A stretch of DNA of 64,000 nt from an uncultured Bacteroidota bacterium (GTDB taxonomy: Bacteria > Bacteroidota > Ignavibacteria > Kryptoniales > JAKASW01). Each line of letters starts with the position of its first letter. The first letter of the stretch is position 1. Under the pieces are notes generated by a model. The model saw nothing but the letters and a program-made list of their open reading frames with translations, searched no databases and was not told the origin of the DNA. Where the stretch lies: assembly GCA_963703215.1 (NCBI GenBank), contig OY969800.1:3151297-3215296 (forward strand), given 5' to 3'. The translations under genes were made by a program, and so were the position numbers. Positions 19,569-28,573 of this stretch are shown here, one piece after another.

Positions 19569-20269
19569 AGTTATTTGCACTTGCCTTCGGGGCTCACCCG
19601 GATGATGTCGAGATGAGCGCGGGAGGCACACTCTCAATGTTAAATAGAAACGGGAATCCATTTGGTATTGTCGATCTCACGCGCGGTGAGATGGGAACTC
19701 GCGGCAATGCTGCGATAAGAGCCAAAGAGGCGAATGACGCCGCAAAGATTCTCGGCGCCGACATAAGAATAAATCTCGGAATAGGTGATGCAGGAGTCGA
19801 AGTCACTCGAAAGAATCTTTTGAAAGTGATCGAGGTGATCAGAAAGTACAAGCCTGAGATCGTCTTCGCGCCGTATAGAGAGGAACGACATCCGGACCAC
19901 GCCCTCACCCATCAACTCGTCAGCCAGGCTGTATTCTACTCCGGTCTGCTGAAATTGAAAACCGGGAAGTTGGCTCCTCACAGACCGAAGCGAGCTTTCT
20001 ATTATATGCAGCACAGAACCTTTGTCCCCACAGTCTATGTTGACATATCTAACGATTACGAGACGAAGGTGGCAGCTATCAGGGCTCATAAGTCACAGTT
20101 CTTTAACCCCGAAAGCAAAGATCCTGAGACTGCGCTTTCCACTCCAGAGTTTCTCGAATATCTTTTTGGAAGGATGAGATACCATGGAAGACAGGCGGGC
20201 GTCAGGTACGCTGAGCCTTTTTGGACAACTGAACCTCTGACTATAACGAACTTCGAATCAGTTGTATAA
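19565..20269 (+). CDS. PIG-L family deacetylase, BshB1-like (bacillithiol biosynthesis)
   Basis: AFGAHPDDVEMSAGGTL...DLTRGEMGTRG...IVFAPYREERHPDH follows the BshB1/LmbE pattern. It has a 4-nt overlap with the upstream gene. Confidence 0.75.
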   Translation: MKLFALAFGAHPDDVEMSAGGTLSMLNRNGNPFGIVDLTRGEMGTRGNAAIRAKEANDAAKILGADIRINLGIGDAGVEVTRKNLLKVIEVIRKYKPEIVFAPYREERHPDHALTHQLVSQAVFYSGLLKLKTGKLAPHRPKRAFYYMQHRTFVPTVYVDISNDYETKVAAIRAHKSQFFNPESKDPETALSTPEFLEYLFGRMRYHGRQAGVRYAEPFWTTEPLTITNFESVV

Positions 20270-20359
20270 AAGAATCTGACTGCAAAGATACTAAGACAAA
20301 TTCCCGATAATGTCCTTGCCACTCTGCATCTTGTCCGTTAAAAATATTCGTGTGATGTA

Positions 20360-22681
20360 ATGAAACTTAAGAACCTTATTCTTCCCCAAATTCTCTTTTT
20401 TCTCTTTGCATTTGGATTCGTAAGCGTAGTAAGATCACAACCGTTGAACCACCAAATAGTAGTTAGTGGCACAGGCGGCTCGATCAGCGGCACTGTCGTC
20501 AGTGGAGGAACCCCGATCATCGGAGCCACAGTTCGATTACTTGGTCTTGATCGCGCAACCGAAACGGACAGTAAGGGAAATTTCTCTTTTCCCGATATAC
20601 CGAACGGCTCCTATAAGATCTTCGTCCGATGCATCGGCTATGCTTCAAGCACAAAATCGGCGGATGTTGAAAACAACTCGATAAAATTGGCTTTCTATCT
20701 CAACCAGACGGCTATTCAATCCGAGGGGGTAGTGGTTTCTGCCTCTCCATACGCCCGCCAGGCAAATGAAGAGTACCAGCCAGCGGAATCTATTTCGAGA
20801 GAACAAGCTCAGAACGCTCCAGGGCAAAGTTTTGCGGAAGAAATCTCCGACATGCCCGGCGTGAGCGTCCGCTACAACGGCTCTGCGCCAGCAAGACCGA
20901 TGATTCGGGGACTTTCCGACAACGAAGTCCTTGTCCTTGAGGATGGCCTTCGAGATGGAGATGTCTCGACGTATGATCCAGCTCATGCTGTGCCTATTCT
21001 CCCAATAAGCATCGACCAGGTTGATGTTGTGAGAGGGCCAGCCAGCATCATGTTTGGACCTAATGCCATCGGAGGATTAGTCAATGTAATAACTAAGACC
21101 ATCCCCTCGGTTTCGAACAGGCCATTTTCCGGCATCGTCTCGCTGGGCGGAAACACAGTAAGTGACTTGTACTCCGGGTACTTTGACGGGACATACAGCG
21201 ATGGTGGAAGCGCGCTAAGTCTCTCGGTTGGAGGTTCGCATTCACAGGACACGCGTATCCCACAAGGAAGTTATTTCGATGGTATCAACAGCTACAACTT
21301 GAATCGAATGCCGCAATCCTTCGCTCACGCGCAGGAGGAAGGCGCAGGCTACTCTTACACGGGAGACGTCGGAACCATCGGCGTCGGATATAAGCATTTT
21401 GAAATGACTTACGGTGTTCCGGGGACGCCTCCGAATGCCGATTGGATGAACGATCCGCCAACTACTTCGCTCATAGAGCAGAAGAGAAATTTAGTGGAGA
21501 TGCGCGGACTATGGGCGGTTGATGTCGCGGCGATCCATCAGGTGAGACTCAATGCAGACTTCGTGGATTACGATCATTCGGAATACCCGACGCAAGAGGA
21601 TTCGACGGGAGTCTCAAATCCTCAAGCCAACTTCTTCCACCAACAGACTTTCAACGCAGCGCTGCAGCTGATGCACCAGCAAATCGGTCAACTCCGTGGA
21701 ACGATCGGACTCTGGACGGAAGTCGAGAACCTCAAGATCGAAGGAGGCCAGCCGCTCGGACCTAACTCGATCACGTCGGGCTTTGCTGGATATGTTTATG
21801 AGGAGTACCTGTTGACCGCCGATACGCGTTTCGAAGGGGCGATAAGATATGATTTCAACAACATTCACACGCAACCATATCCACAATCTCAGGACACAGT
21901 TTTCCAGACAATCGACGTATCCCGGTTCCATAATGCTGTGACAGCATCGTTGGGCGCAGTTCAAAACCTCTCCGAAAATGCGATCGTATCGTTGAGCATC
22001 GGCAGGTCGTTTCGTGCTCCAACCGTTCAGGAGCTATTTGCCCAGGGTGCCGATGCAGCGAGCAACACGTATTCGATAGGCGACCCAAACCTAACGCCAG
22101 AAACTGCTCTCGGTATGAACGCATCATTGAAGATGAACTTCCCTGACTTTTCATTTGAAGTGACTCCATACATAAATTACATCAGCAATTACATCTACGC
22201 TTATCTAAGAGGCGACACGATAGACAATCTCCCCGTCCGGCAATTTTCGGCAACGAATGCAAGGCTTTACGGTTACGAAGCGTCGATCATGGCAGAGCCG
22301 ATCTCGAATATTGCGGTCGAGGCCGATGCAAATTACGTGAATGCTCAGGACACTAAGAACAACCTGCCTCTCCCATTTATTCCCCCGCTCCATGGCTTCT
22401 TGAGACTGACTTATCAGGATAACACTTATACCGGCTCGGTCGAGTGGCAACTCGCTTCGAGCCAGACGCGGCTCGGTCAGGGAGACACTTACACTGCCGG
22501 TTACGGAATTGTCAACGTCGGAGCCGGCGTGAGGCTCGTTTCGGGAGAGATGGTACACGATGTCAGCTTGCACTGCGACAATCTTTTCAACCAGGCATAC
22601 CGCGACGACCTGTCTGTCATAAAAGATTTCATACCGATGCCTGGACGCGGCCTCAGGTTGAATTACGACCTGATGTTTTGA
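20360..22681 (+). CDS. TonB-dependent receptor with N-terminal CarboxypepD_reg domain
   Basis: Signal peptide, then GTVVSGGTPIIGATVRLLGLDRATETDSKGNFSFPDIPNGSYKIFVRCIGY, then a plug domain (ARPMIRGLSDNEVLVLEDG), then a beta-barrel ending ...GRGLRLNYDLMF (terminal Phe). Confidence 0.88.
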   Translation: MKLKNLILPQILFFLFAFGFVSVVRSQPLNHQIVVSGTGGSISGTVVSGGTPIIGATVRLLGLDRATETDSKGNFSFPDIPNGSYKIFVRCIGYASSTKSADVENNSIKLAFYLNQTAIQSEGVVVSASPYARQANEEYQPAESISREQAQNAPGQSFAEEISDMPGVSVRYNGSAPARPMIRGLSDNEVLVLEDGLRDGDVSTYDPAHAVPILPISIDQVDVVRGPASIMFGPNAIGGLVNVITKTIPSVSNRPFSGIVSLGGNTVSDLYSGYFDGTYSDGGSALSLSVGGSHSQDTRIPQGSYFDGINSYNLNRMPQSFAHAQEEGAGYSYTGDVGTIGVGYKHFEMTYGVPGTPPNADWMNDPPTTSLIEQKRNLVEMRGLWAVDVAAIHQVRLNADFVDYDHSEYPTQEDSTGVSNPQANFFHQQTFNAALQLMHQQIGQLRGTIGLWTEVENLKIEGGQPLGPNSITSGFAGYVYEEYLLTADTRFEGAIRYDFNNIHTQPYPQSQDTVFQTIDVSRFHNAVTASLGAVQNLSENAIVSLSIGRSFRAPTVQELFAQGADAASNTYSIGDPNLTPETALGMNASLKMNFPDFSFEVTPYINYISNYIYAYLRGDTIDNLPVRQFSATNARLYGYEASIMAEPISNIAVEADANYVNAQDTKNNLPLPFIPPLHGFLRLTYQDNTYTGSVEWQLASSQTRLGQGDTYTAGYGIVNVGAGVRLVSGEMVHDVSLHCDNLFNQAYRDDLSVIKDFIPMPGRGLRLNYDLMF

Positions 22682-22777
22682 ATTACGGTGCCAGCATGCA
22701 ATCCCCAAATAGGATATTGTCCCCTTTCACTTCGTGGTGAGCTACTTTCATAGTGACCACCGTAGAACCCCTCTATC

Positions 22778-22930
22778 TGTCATTCCCGTCACCGCCTTGC
22801 GGGATCCCGACATATAGAATATTGCGGTCGGGACGCGCTTCCAGCGGGAATCTATCTCCTTTGTGAATTATGGATTCCCGATAGGAGCCCGCTCCGCCAC
22901 GCGGAGCGAGGCGAGCATTCGGGAATGACA
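22778..22930. repeat. REP/MITE-like structured element bounded by an 11-bp perfect inverted repeat
   Basis: tgtcattcccg (22778-22788) is the reverse complement of cgggaatgaca (22920-22930). Nested internal hairpins include tcccgac...gtcggga, gctccgc-cac-gcggagc, and attcccga...tcgggaat. Confidence 0.6.
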
Positions 22931-23466
22931 ATTGAAAAATTTGCTCAACTTATTCCCTTTCAACGCAGCCTACTTCCACATTTGGAATTTAAGTGCCAGG
23001 TTATTATACTGGTCATGGAGACGATGTCCATGGTTGGTATGCCAGGGTGCTGCTGAATTAAGAACCCATGTAGGTAAGTGTAACGATGTCCGTGAGTGAC
23101 GTTTAAAAGAGTCATGGTCATCGCGCCGTGAACCCAGCTGTTCAGGAGTTGAACTCCTGAACAACAGAAGAAATAAATCGAGGCTTGCAGCGTGCAGAGA
23201 GCGAAGTGGGATTCAAGTAGGAGTGCCTGCATTGATTAAATGGAGGCTGACCCGTCGAGGACGGGCTCTGACAGGAATCGGATGGAGGCATACACCCCCA
23301 AAATGGCGTATTATACTGTCAAATCGGCATGTTACGGCGTTTGGCTGCAATGTCGCACAAGCCAGGAGACACGTGACAGCATCCGGCCGCTATCTCGCAT
23401 CGTCCGGGAGCCATCTTAGGTAATTATATACTTGACAAAGGCAAATGGATTAGTTATATTAGATAC

Positions 23467-24384
23467 ATGATGAACGAGGATAAAATGAAGAAATTGAACA
23501 GTTTCGCAGACTTGGACAAGGTACTTCCAGATGAAAAGGCTTGCCAAACCTTCTTGATTGACCAACGCTGGAATGGAAAGCCTGTCTGCATCAAATGTGG
23601 AAGTGTCCGTAAACTTTATATCATTAATGGCGGCAAATTGCTTCAGTGTGCCGATTGCAGGAAAACCTTTTCTCCGAAGGTCGGGACTATCTTTGAAGAT
23701 TCGCCGGTTCCGTTGAAAAAGTGGTTCATGGCTATCTACGTACTCACCGCACATAAGAAAGGAATTTCTTCCGTTCAATTGTCCAAGGACATAGACGTAA
23801 CTCAAAAGACAGCATGGTTCATGCTTCATAGAATCCGTCATGCCGTGAAAGTGAAGTCCTTTGAAAAACCACTTGGCGGTATCGTTGAGGTTGATGAAAC
23901 ATACGTCGGAGGCAAGACACTCAAGAATAAGATGGTCCCAGGACAACGTAGAAAGGCTGTCGTTTTCGGAATGGTACAAAGACAAGGTGAAGTCCGAGCA
24001 ATGCCGATCAAACATGCTTGGGTTGAGATAATGGATCCGATTATCAAAGAGAACATTTCCCCGGATTCCACACTTATGACCGATGAGCTTCCCGCTTACA
24101 TCAACACAGGTAGGACGTTCAAAGAACATGGCACGGTCAACCATAGGAGCCATGAATATGTCCGCGGTCAAGTTCATACTAATACCATTGAAGGTTTCTG
24201 GTCTATCTTGAAACGTGGTATCAATGGAATTTATCACCATGTTAGTGAAGAACATTTGCACCGTTACACCGACGAATATGCTTATAGATATAATTCACGT
24301 TCACTTACTGACCCTCAGAGGTTTGAGAAGTTTTTTGAGAAGGTGGAAGGTCGGTTGACGTACAAGAAGCTTGTTGAAGGTTAA
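23467..24384 (+). CDS. IS1595-family (ISXO2-like) DDE transposase with N-terminal zinc ribbon
   Basis: CIKCGSVRKLYIINGGKLLQCADCRKTFSPKVGTIFEDSPVPLKKWFMAIY is the transposase zinc-ribbon. VEVDETYVGGK...LMTDELPAY...HTNTIEGFWSILKRGI is the IS1595 DDE-type pattern. Confidence 0.9.
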   Translation: MMNEDKMKKLNSFADLDKVLPDEKACQTFLIDQRWNGKPVCIKCGSVRKLYIINGGKLLQCADCRKTFSPKVGTIFEDSPVPLKKWFMAIYVLTAHKKGISSVQLSKDIDVTQKTAWFMLHRIRHAVKVKSFEKPLGGIVEVDETYVGGKTLKNKMVPGQRRKAVVFGMVQRQGEVRAMPIKHAWVEIMDPIIKENISPDSTLMTDELPAYINTGRTFKEHGTVNHRSHEYVRGQVHTNTIEGFWSILKRGINGIYHHVSEEHLHRYTDEYAYRYNSRSLTDPQRFEKFFEKVEGRLTYKKLVEG

Positions 24385-24533
24385 GAGTGATATACTTATC
24401 AACCAATTTAACGATTGCTATATCAAAGCCTTCAAGTTCACCGCCCATACAATCGGGAGAAAGAACGCCGGCAGTGAAATCCGCTATGATGTTAGAAACT
24501 TCTTCCTCTTTAGGTAAAATATGACTATGTGCC

Positions 24534-25139
24534 ATGGATGACTCCGTTCAATTAAAATATGCTCAATTAGTTGGACAAATAACCTTTGATTTTAACACAC
24601 TGGAAGAGGCTATGCACAGTGCAATTGCAGAATTAATAGGCATTCCAGATAAAGATGTCGCGGGTCGCATTACGGCCGGAGAAGCATTCCAAGACCTGCA
24701 ACGTCTTTTAAACGTCTTATTCAGATACAGGGTACAGAGCCTGACGCAATTGGAGAGACTTGACAATCTAAACAAGAGATTAGACGGGAACGGTGGAACC
24801 ATTATCGGTATCAACGCTGAACGTAACGAACTATTGCACGGTGCATGGAAGCTGGTAATATTCCTTGGAAAAACCAGGGCGATGAAATCCAAACGTTCCA
24901 AAATGAATCTCAGGAAATATAAAGCCGAATTTCGCTTTGTGGAGGTTGCCGAACTGGAGAACTTAATCGTTAAAATCAATGATACAACAAGAGAACTAAG
25001 ACAGCTCATGGAAGATAACCGGGAATTAATTAAAGACCACATAAAAGCCTACAACGCACTTTGGGAATCCAATAATTTCAACATGGTAAAAAAATTCAAT
25101 GAAAAGTATTATGAAGAAGAAGAAAACTGGCAAAGCTAA
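24534..25139 (+). CDS. hypothetical protein (IS passenger gene 1)
   Basis: 201-aa ORF inside the IS boundaries. It looks helical and charged, with no motif recognised. It is AT-rich like the rest of the IS. Confidence 0.5.
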   Translation: MDDSVQLKYAQLVGQITFDFNTLEEAMHSAIAELIGIPDKDVAGRITAGEAFQDLQRLLNVLFRYRVQSLTQLERLDNLNKRLDGNGGTIIGINAERNELLHGAWKLVIFLGKTRAMKSKRSKMNLRKYKAEFRFVEVAELENLIVKINDTTRELRQLMEDNRELIKDHIKAYNALWESNNFNMVKKFNEKYYEEEENWQS

Positions 25140-25235
25140 GTACGAAAAGCCTCTCAAACTCGACATGAGTTTCGAGGATGCTGTTAAGCTGATAGTCAAA
25201 GCGAAACCTCCGAAGAAAAAATAACTGAGTGTTCC

Positions 25236-25685
25236 ATGACGTTCGATGAATTCAAGGCAATCGCCACCAAACAATCAATAGCGTCCATAATAGGACTGAT
25301 AGCGGGAATACTAATATCAGCCATCTTATGGCTTTTCTCCGATATTCCCCCCGCAATCTTAAAACTACTTGAATTCCTGCCCAATACAGGACTGAAAAAA
25401 TTATTGCTTGGGTTACTTGTTGTCTGCCTATCGGAGGGAGTTTGGATATATAGTCGGCGCACCAAGTTAAAACCCGGATTTGGAGTGCTATGGGATAGAA
25501 AATTAAATCCATATTGCCCCTCCTGTAAAAATCTGCTGACGAATTATACCAATTGGAGTCATACCTCTCCCCAACATTACGCTTGGGGATTTTGGTGTGT
25601 CAAGTGCCAACAAAAAGTATTTCTCAATACCGATGATGGTGCTTCGATTAGCTTGGAAGACGCGAAAGAACAGCTTCGCAAGTAA
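25236..25685 (+). CDS. hypothetical membrane protein with C-terminal zinc-ribbon (IS passenger gene 2)
   Basis: 149 aa. It has two predicted TM helices (IASIIGLIAGILISAILWLF and LLLGLLVVCLSEGVWIY) followed by CPSC...CVKC. It ends 68 nt before the right inverted repeat. Confidence 0.5.
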   Translation: MTFDEFKAIATKQSIASIIGLIAGILISAILWLFSDIPPAILKLLEFLPNTGLKKLLLGLLVVCLSEGVWIYSRRTKLKPGFGVLWDRKLNPYCPSCKNLLTNYTNWSHTSPQHYAWGFWCVKCQQKVFLNTDDGASISLEDAKEQLRK

Positions 25686-25892
25686 TCCCCACCTCTCAAC
25701 AATCCATCTCTTTACAACCTTGCCAAGGTGTCTTAGTTTACTCATTTTGTCCTGCCTTTGTCAAGTATATAATTACCGCAGATTACATTACAAGTCTAAA
25801 CGGTCATTGCATCGAGGCTGAAGGATTACTCCGTTAAATCGAAAACGGCGACGCAGGGGACTACGGATGCCAAGTACGATGCGGAAGAGGAT

Positions 25893-26405
25893 TTGATCGC
25901 GCAGGCGATCCGCGTCGCGTCGGGGCTTTCACTCCTCGGAACCGATACGAAGAATGAAACTCTGAAGTCGATCGGGCACGCGGCCCCTTCCTATCTCCGC
26001 GGAATGAGCGAGACCAAGCTCATTACGACCACAAAGGGAATCCTCGAGGCGGCTCAGAATAATGCGACGGCATTGGCCGGGAAGTACCAGATCTCCGCCG
26101 CCGACATTACCCTCCTCGACACGCTGATCAAGGCATTCGAGAAGGCGATCGGCGCAAAAGGGAGCGGGATGGGAACCCAGAAAAGCTCGAACAAGTCGGC
26201 GAAGCAGGTGCTGAGAGAGATAACGGGTGACCTGGATCAGATCGATACGGCCATGGAGCTTCTTCCCAAAAATGACAAGGATGCCATGGACTTTTATCTC
26301 AAGTACTTTTCTGTACGCGGGATAAAGGATACCGGGATAAGACATAAGCCGCCCAAGCCGCCGAACGATACGAACAAACCGCCCGACGACACCAAGAAAC
26401 CATAG
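25893..26405 (+). CDS. hypothetical protein in a GC-rich foreign fragment, possibly 5'-truncated
   Basis: The frame is open from 25800, and the only candidate start is TTG 25893. The C-terminus is a Pro/Lys-rich tail (KPPKPPNDTNKPPDDTKKP). Codon usage is GC-rich, unlike neighbouring genes. Confidence 0.4.
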   Translation: MIAQAIRVASGLSLLGTDTKNETLKSIGHAAPSYLRGMSETKLITTTKGILEAAQNNATALAGKYQISAADITLLDTLIKAFEKAIGAKGSGMGTQKSSNKSAKQVLREITGDLDQIDTAMELLPKNDKDAMDFYLKYFSVRGIKDTGIRHKPPKPPNDTNKPPDDTKKP

Positions 26406-26605
26406 GGATGAACTCACTCCCGTGTAAGAGCATCACGGGACAGGCCCCGTGTGGGAGTATCACCCCGAAGGGATCACTTCGTGACGGGACAGGCCGCCCT
26501 CTCTTACAAAGGGAGGGCGGCAATAATGAAGCTAAGCTGGCAAGGGGTGTACTGGCAAGACGGCGCGGAGGGGTGGTGAGACGCCTACATTGGCTCCACC
26601 AAGGG

Positions 26606-26640
26606 TTGACTAATTTAGTAAACATTCATATATTTACTAT
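26606..26640 (+). promoter_or_regulatory. putative promoter plus palindromic operator upstream of the HTH-methyltransferase
   Basis: TTGACT at 26606-26611, a 17-nt spacer, then TATATT at 26629-26634. The inverted repeat tagtaaa-N10-tttacta (26616-26639) overlaps the -10 region. GGAG lies 5 nt before the ATG at 26662. Confidence 0.4.
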
Positions 26641-26661
26641 GAAGATGCGAGGAGACAGGAG

Positions 26662-27945
26662 ATGAAATCGATCGATCCAATGGATTTCGGCAAGGTAATC
26701 AGGGAACAGCGTCAGGGTATTAGTTTATCCCTATCAGACTTGAGCTCAAAACTGAAGGTCACAAAGGGATATTTATCTCGCCTTGAATCAGGGAAAGCTG
26801 TGCCATCGATGGAGATGGTGAAGAAACTATCGAGATTTCTGAAGATAGATTCAACTCAACTTGGCTTTCTTGCCGGCTACCTTCCTTCAGACGTTGAAAA
26901 AATACTCTATACAAATCCAATCAAAGCCCCAGCAATTCTTAGAGAAACATTTGGACCCTCAATCAAGCCGGAGGAAATCGTTCCCTGTAACAGGGAACAA
27001 GAAAAGGCACATATAGTCAAGTCAAGGCCTTCCTATGAGTTATTGAACGTGGATTGTTTTCGATGGATGGAAGATCGCAAAAGCAACAGCATTCACGCGA
27101 TTGTAACGGATCCACCATACGGATTGAAAGAATATACCGCGACGGAAAAAGCTAAACTCCGAAACGGCAATGGAGGCGTTTGGCGTATTCCTCCTAAGCT
27201 TGATGGATATGAGCGTCATCCCCTGCCGAGGTTCACAGTGTTAGATCAAGAAGAAAAGAACGAACTAAGAAGATTCTTCTTTGAGTGGGCACAGAAAGCG
27301 TTAAAAATCCTTGTCCCAGGCGGACACATATTCATTGCAACAAATCCACTCCTCTCGCATTTGGTATATGAAGCTATCGAGAGAACAGGTTTCGAGAAGC
27401 GAGGTGAAATTATTCGCTTAGTACAAACACTTCGAGGTGGAGATAGACCTAAGAACGCGCATCATGAGTTCAGCAACGTGACCGTTATGCCACGGTCCTG
27501 CTGGGAACCTTGGGGCCTTTTTAGAAAACCTTGCGAGGGAAGGGTCCAAGACAATTTGCGTAAATGGAAAACCGGTGGTCTTCGTCGGATTTCCAAAGAA
27601 CAACCGTTCTGCGATGTGATAAAGAGTTCCCCTACGAGAGCCAGCGAAAGAGAAATCGCTCCGCACCCTTCCCTCAAACCACAGGCATTCATGCGACAAG
27701 TGGTTCGAGCGGCGTTGCCCCTTGAGGAAGGAATTATTCTTGACCCTTTCATGGGCGCTGGCTCAACGATAGCTGCTGCATGCTCATTAGGATATCGAAG
27801 CATAGGTATTGAGTCTGACACAGAATATTATCGCATTGCACTCGCGGCAATCCCGAAACTTACGGCACTACCATCAAATGGCCAGGGCAGCCTTACCAAT
27901 TATCCTGACAATGTGTCGCAGGAAGAACTATTTATGGTTGGCTAA
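26662..27945 (+). CDS. DNA methyltransferase (beta-class N6A/N4C, DPPY) fused to an N-terminal XRE-type HTH domain
   Basis: HTH: ISLSLSDLSSKLKVTKGYLSRLESGKAVPSMEMVKKL. Motif IV: IHAIVTDPPYG. Motif I near the C-terminus: ILDPFMGAGSTIAAA. The order IV-then-I indicates the beta class. Confidence 0.85.
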   Translation: MKSIDPMDFGKVIREQRQGISLSLSDLSSKLKVTKGYLSRLESGKAVPSMEMVKKLSRFLKIDSTQLGFLAGYLPSDVEKILYTNPIKAPAILRETFGPSIKPEEIVPCNREQEKAHIVKSRPSYELLNVDCFRWMEDRKSNSIHAIVTDPPYGLKEYTATEKAKLRNGNGGVWRIPPKLDGYERHPLPRFTVLDQEEKNELRRFFFEWAQKALKILVPGGHIFIATNPLLSHLVYEAIERTGFEKRGEIIRLVQTLRGGDRPKNAHHEFSNVTVMPRSCWEPWGLFRKPCEGRVQDNLRKWKTGGLRRISKEQPFCDVIKSSPTRASEREIAPHPSLKPQAFMRQVVRAALPLEEGIILDPFMGAGSTIAAACSLGYRSIGIESDTEYYRIALAAIPKLTALPSNGQGSLTNYPDNVSQEELFMVG

Positions 27946-28573
27946 GACGCCTCGATGTTTCCCTACGCCGACGCCCGGAAGCCTGTAAAGAAAATTCGCC
28001 CGCAGTTTTTCCACACCTGAAGTGGTGATTGAAGCGGTTGGAGTCCTCCTTGAAGCGCCTTTCCTTCCCGAGAAGGACCAATCTTTCTTTGTGAGCTTGG
28101 CACAGAGGATCTCCACAAATGTTAAAGGAACAACCTGCTTGTCGTCTTGCATTCCTACCATGTAGCGAAATATGAGGAGCCAGCTGTCTTCAGGGTTGTG
28201 TCCCTGCCATCCGCCCTTTTGAATTGAGGTCTTCACTTCAATTCCCTCGTCTCCTTTTAGAACTAAGTTGGAGCTATAGTGTCCTTTTGGAAGCAAATCT
28301 GGGTGTCCTCCTACTTTCAGGTTTGCAATTAGAGTGCTGGAAACTCGCGCGATATTCTTGACGAGCAACTCTGAAAGGATACCAGAGAAGGAATTGCCAA
28401 GCAGCAGACTCTTCCATTGGGCGAAACCCGTTGTTGACCAGAAAATCATTAATACCATTGAATAAACGGTGCGTTTCCATAACGGCATTTGATACTTCGT
28501 CGACAGTAAGATGATATGGTAGGGCGACATTGCGATTAACATACTTGTGATCAAGTTGTTTAAGACGTTCCAT
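27928..28573 (-). pseudogene. putative type II restriction endonuclease (PD-ExK), apparently frameshifted
   Basis: The C-terminal frame (27928..) contains GGHPDLLPKGHY...KGDEGIEVKTS, which is a PD...E-x-K motif. The protein-like N-terminus MERLKQLDHKYVNRNVALPYHLTVDEVSNAVMETHRLFNGINDFLVNNGF is in a different frame (28274..28573). The two frames can be joined by a 1-nt shift near 28420-28430. It is convergent with the methyltransferase and overlaps it by 18 nt. Confidence 0.5.

Larger units (their letters stand above)
23419..25777 (+). mobile_element. IS1595-family insertion sequence carrying passenger ORFs (2359 bp)
   Basis: Perfect 25-bp terminal inverted repeats: ggtaattatatacttgacaaaggca at 23419-23443, and its reverse complement at 25753-25777. 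The transposase starts 48 nt inside the left repeat. I could not identify a clear target-site duplication (flanks are ccatctta and gcagatta). Confidence 0.85.

Noticed and set aside
22931-23418. Possible structured ncRNA or small ORFs in the GC-rich left flank of the IS. It includes a 10-bp perfect hairpin gttcaggagt-tga-actcctgaac at 23140-23162, plus ORFs 22960..23232-, 22970..23164- and 23223..23423+.
   Set aside because: I found no match by eye to tmRNA, RNase P, SRP or 6S consensus elements, and the ORF translations are not protein-like. I keep it only as part of the foreign-fragment observation.
23416-24261. 281-aa minus-strand ORF antisense to the transposase.
   Set aside because: It is exactly antisense to a gene with clear IS1595 transposase motifs. 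Its own translation has no motif and an odd composition.
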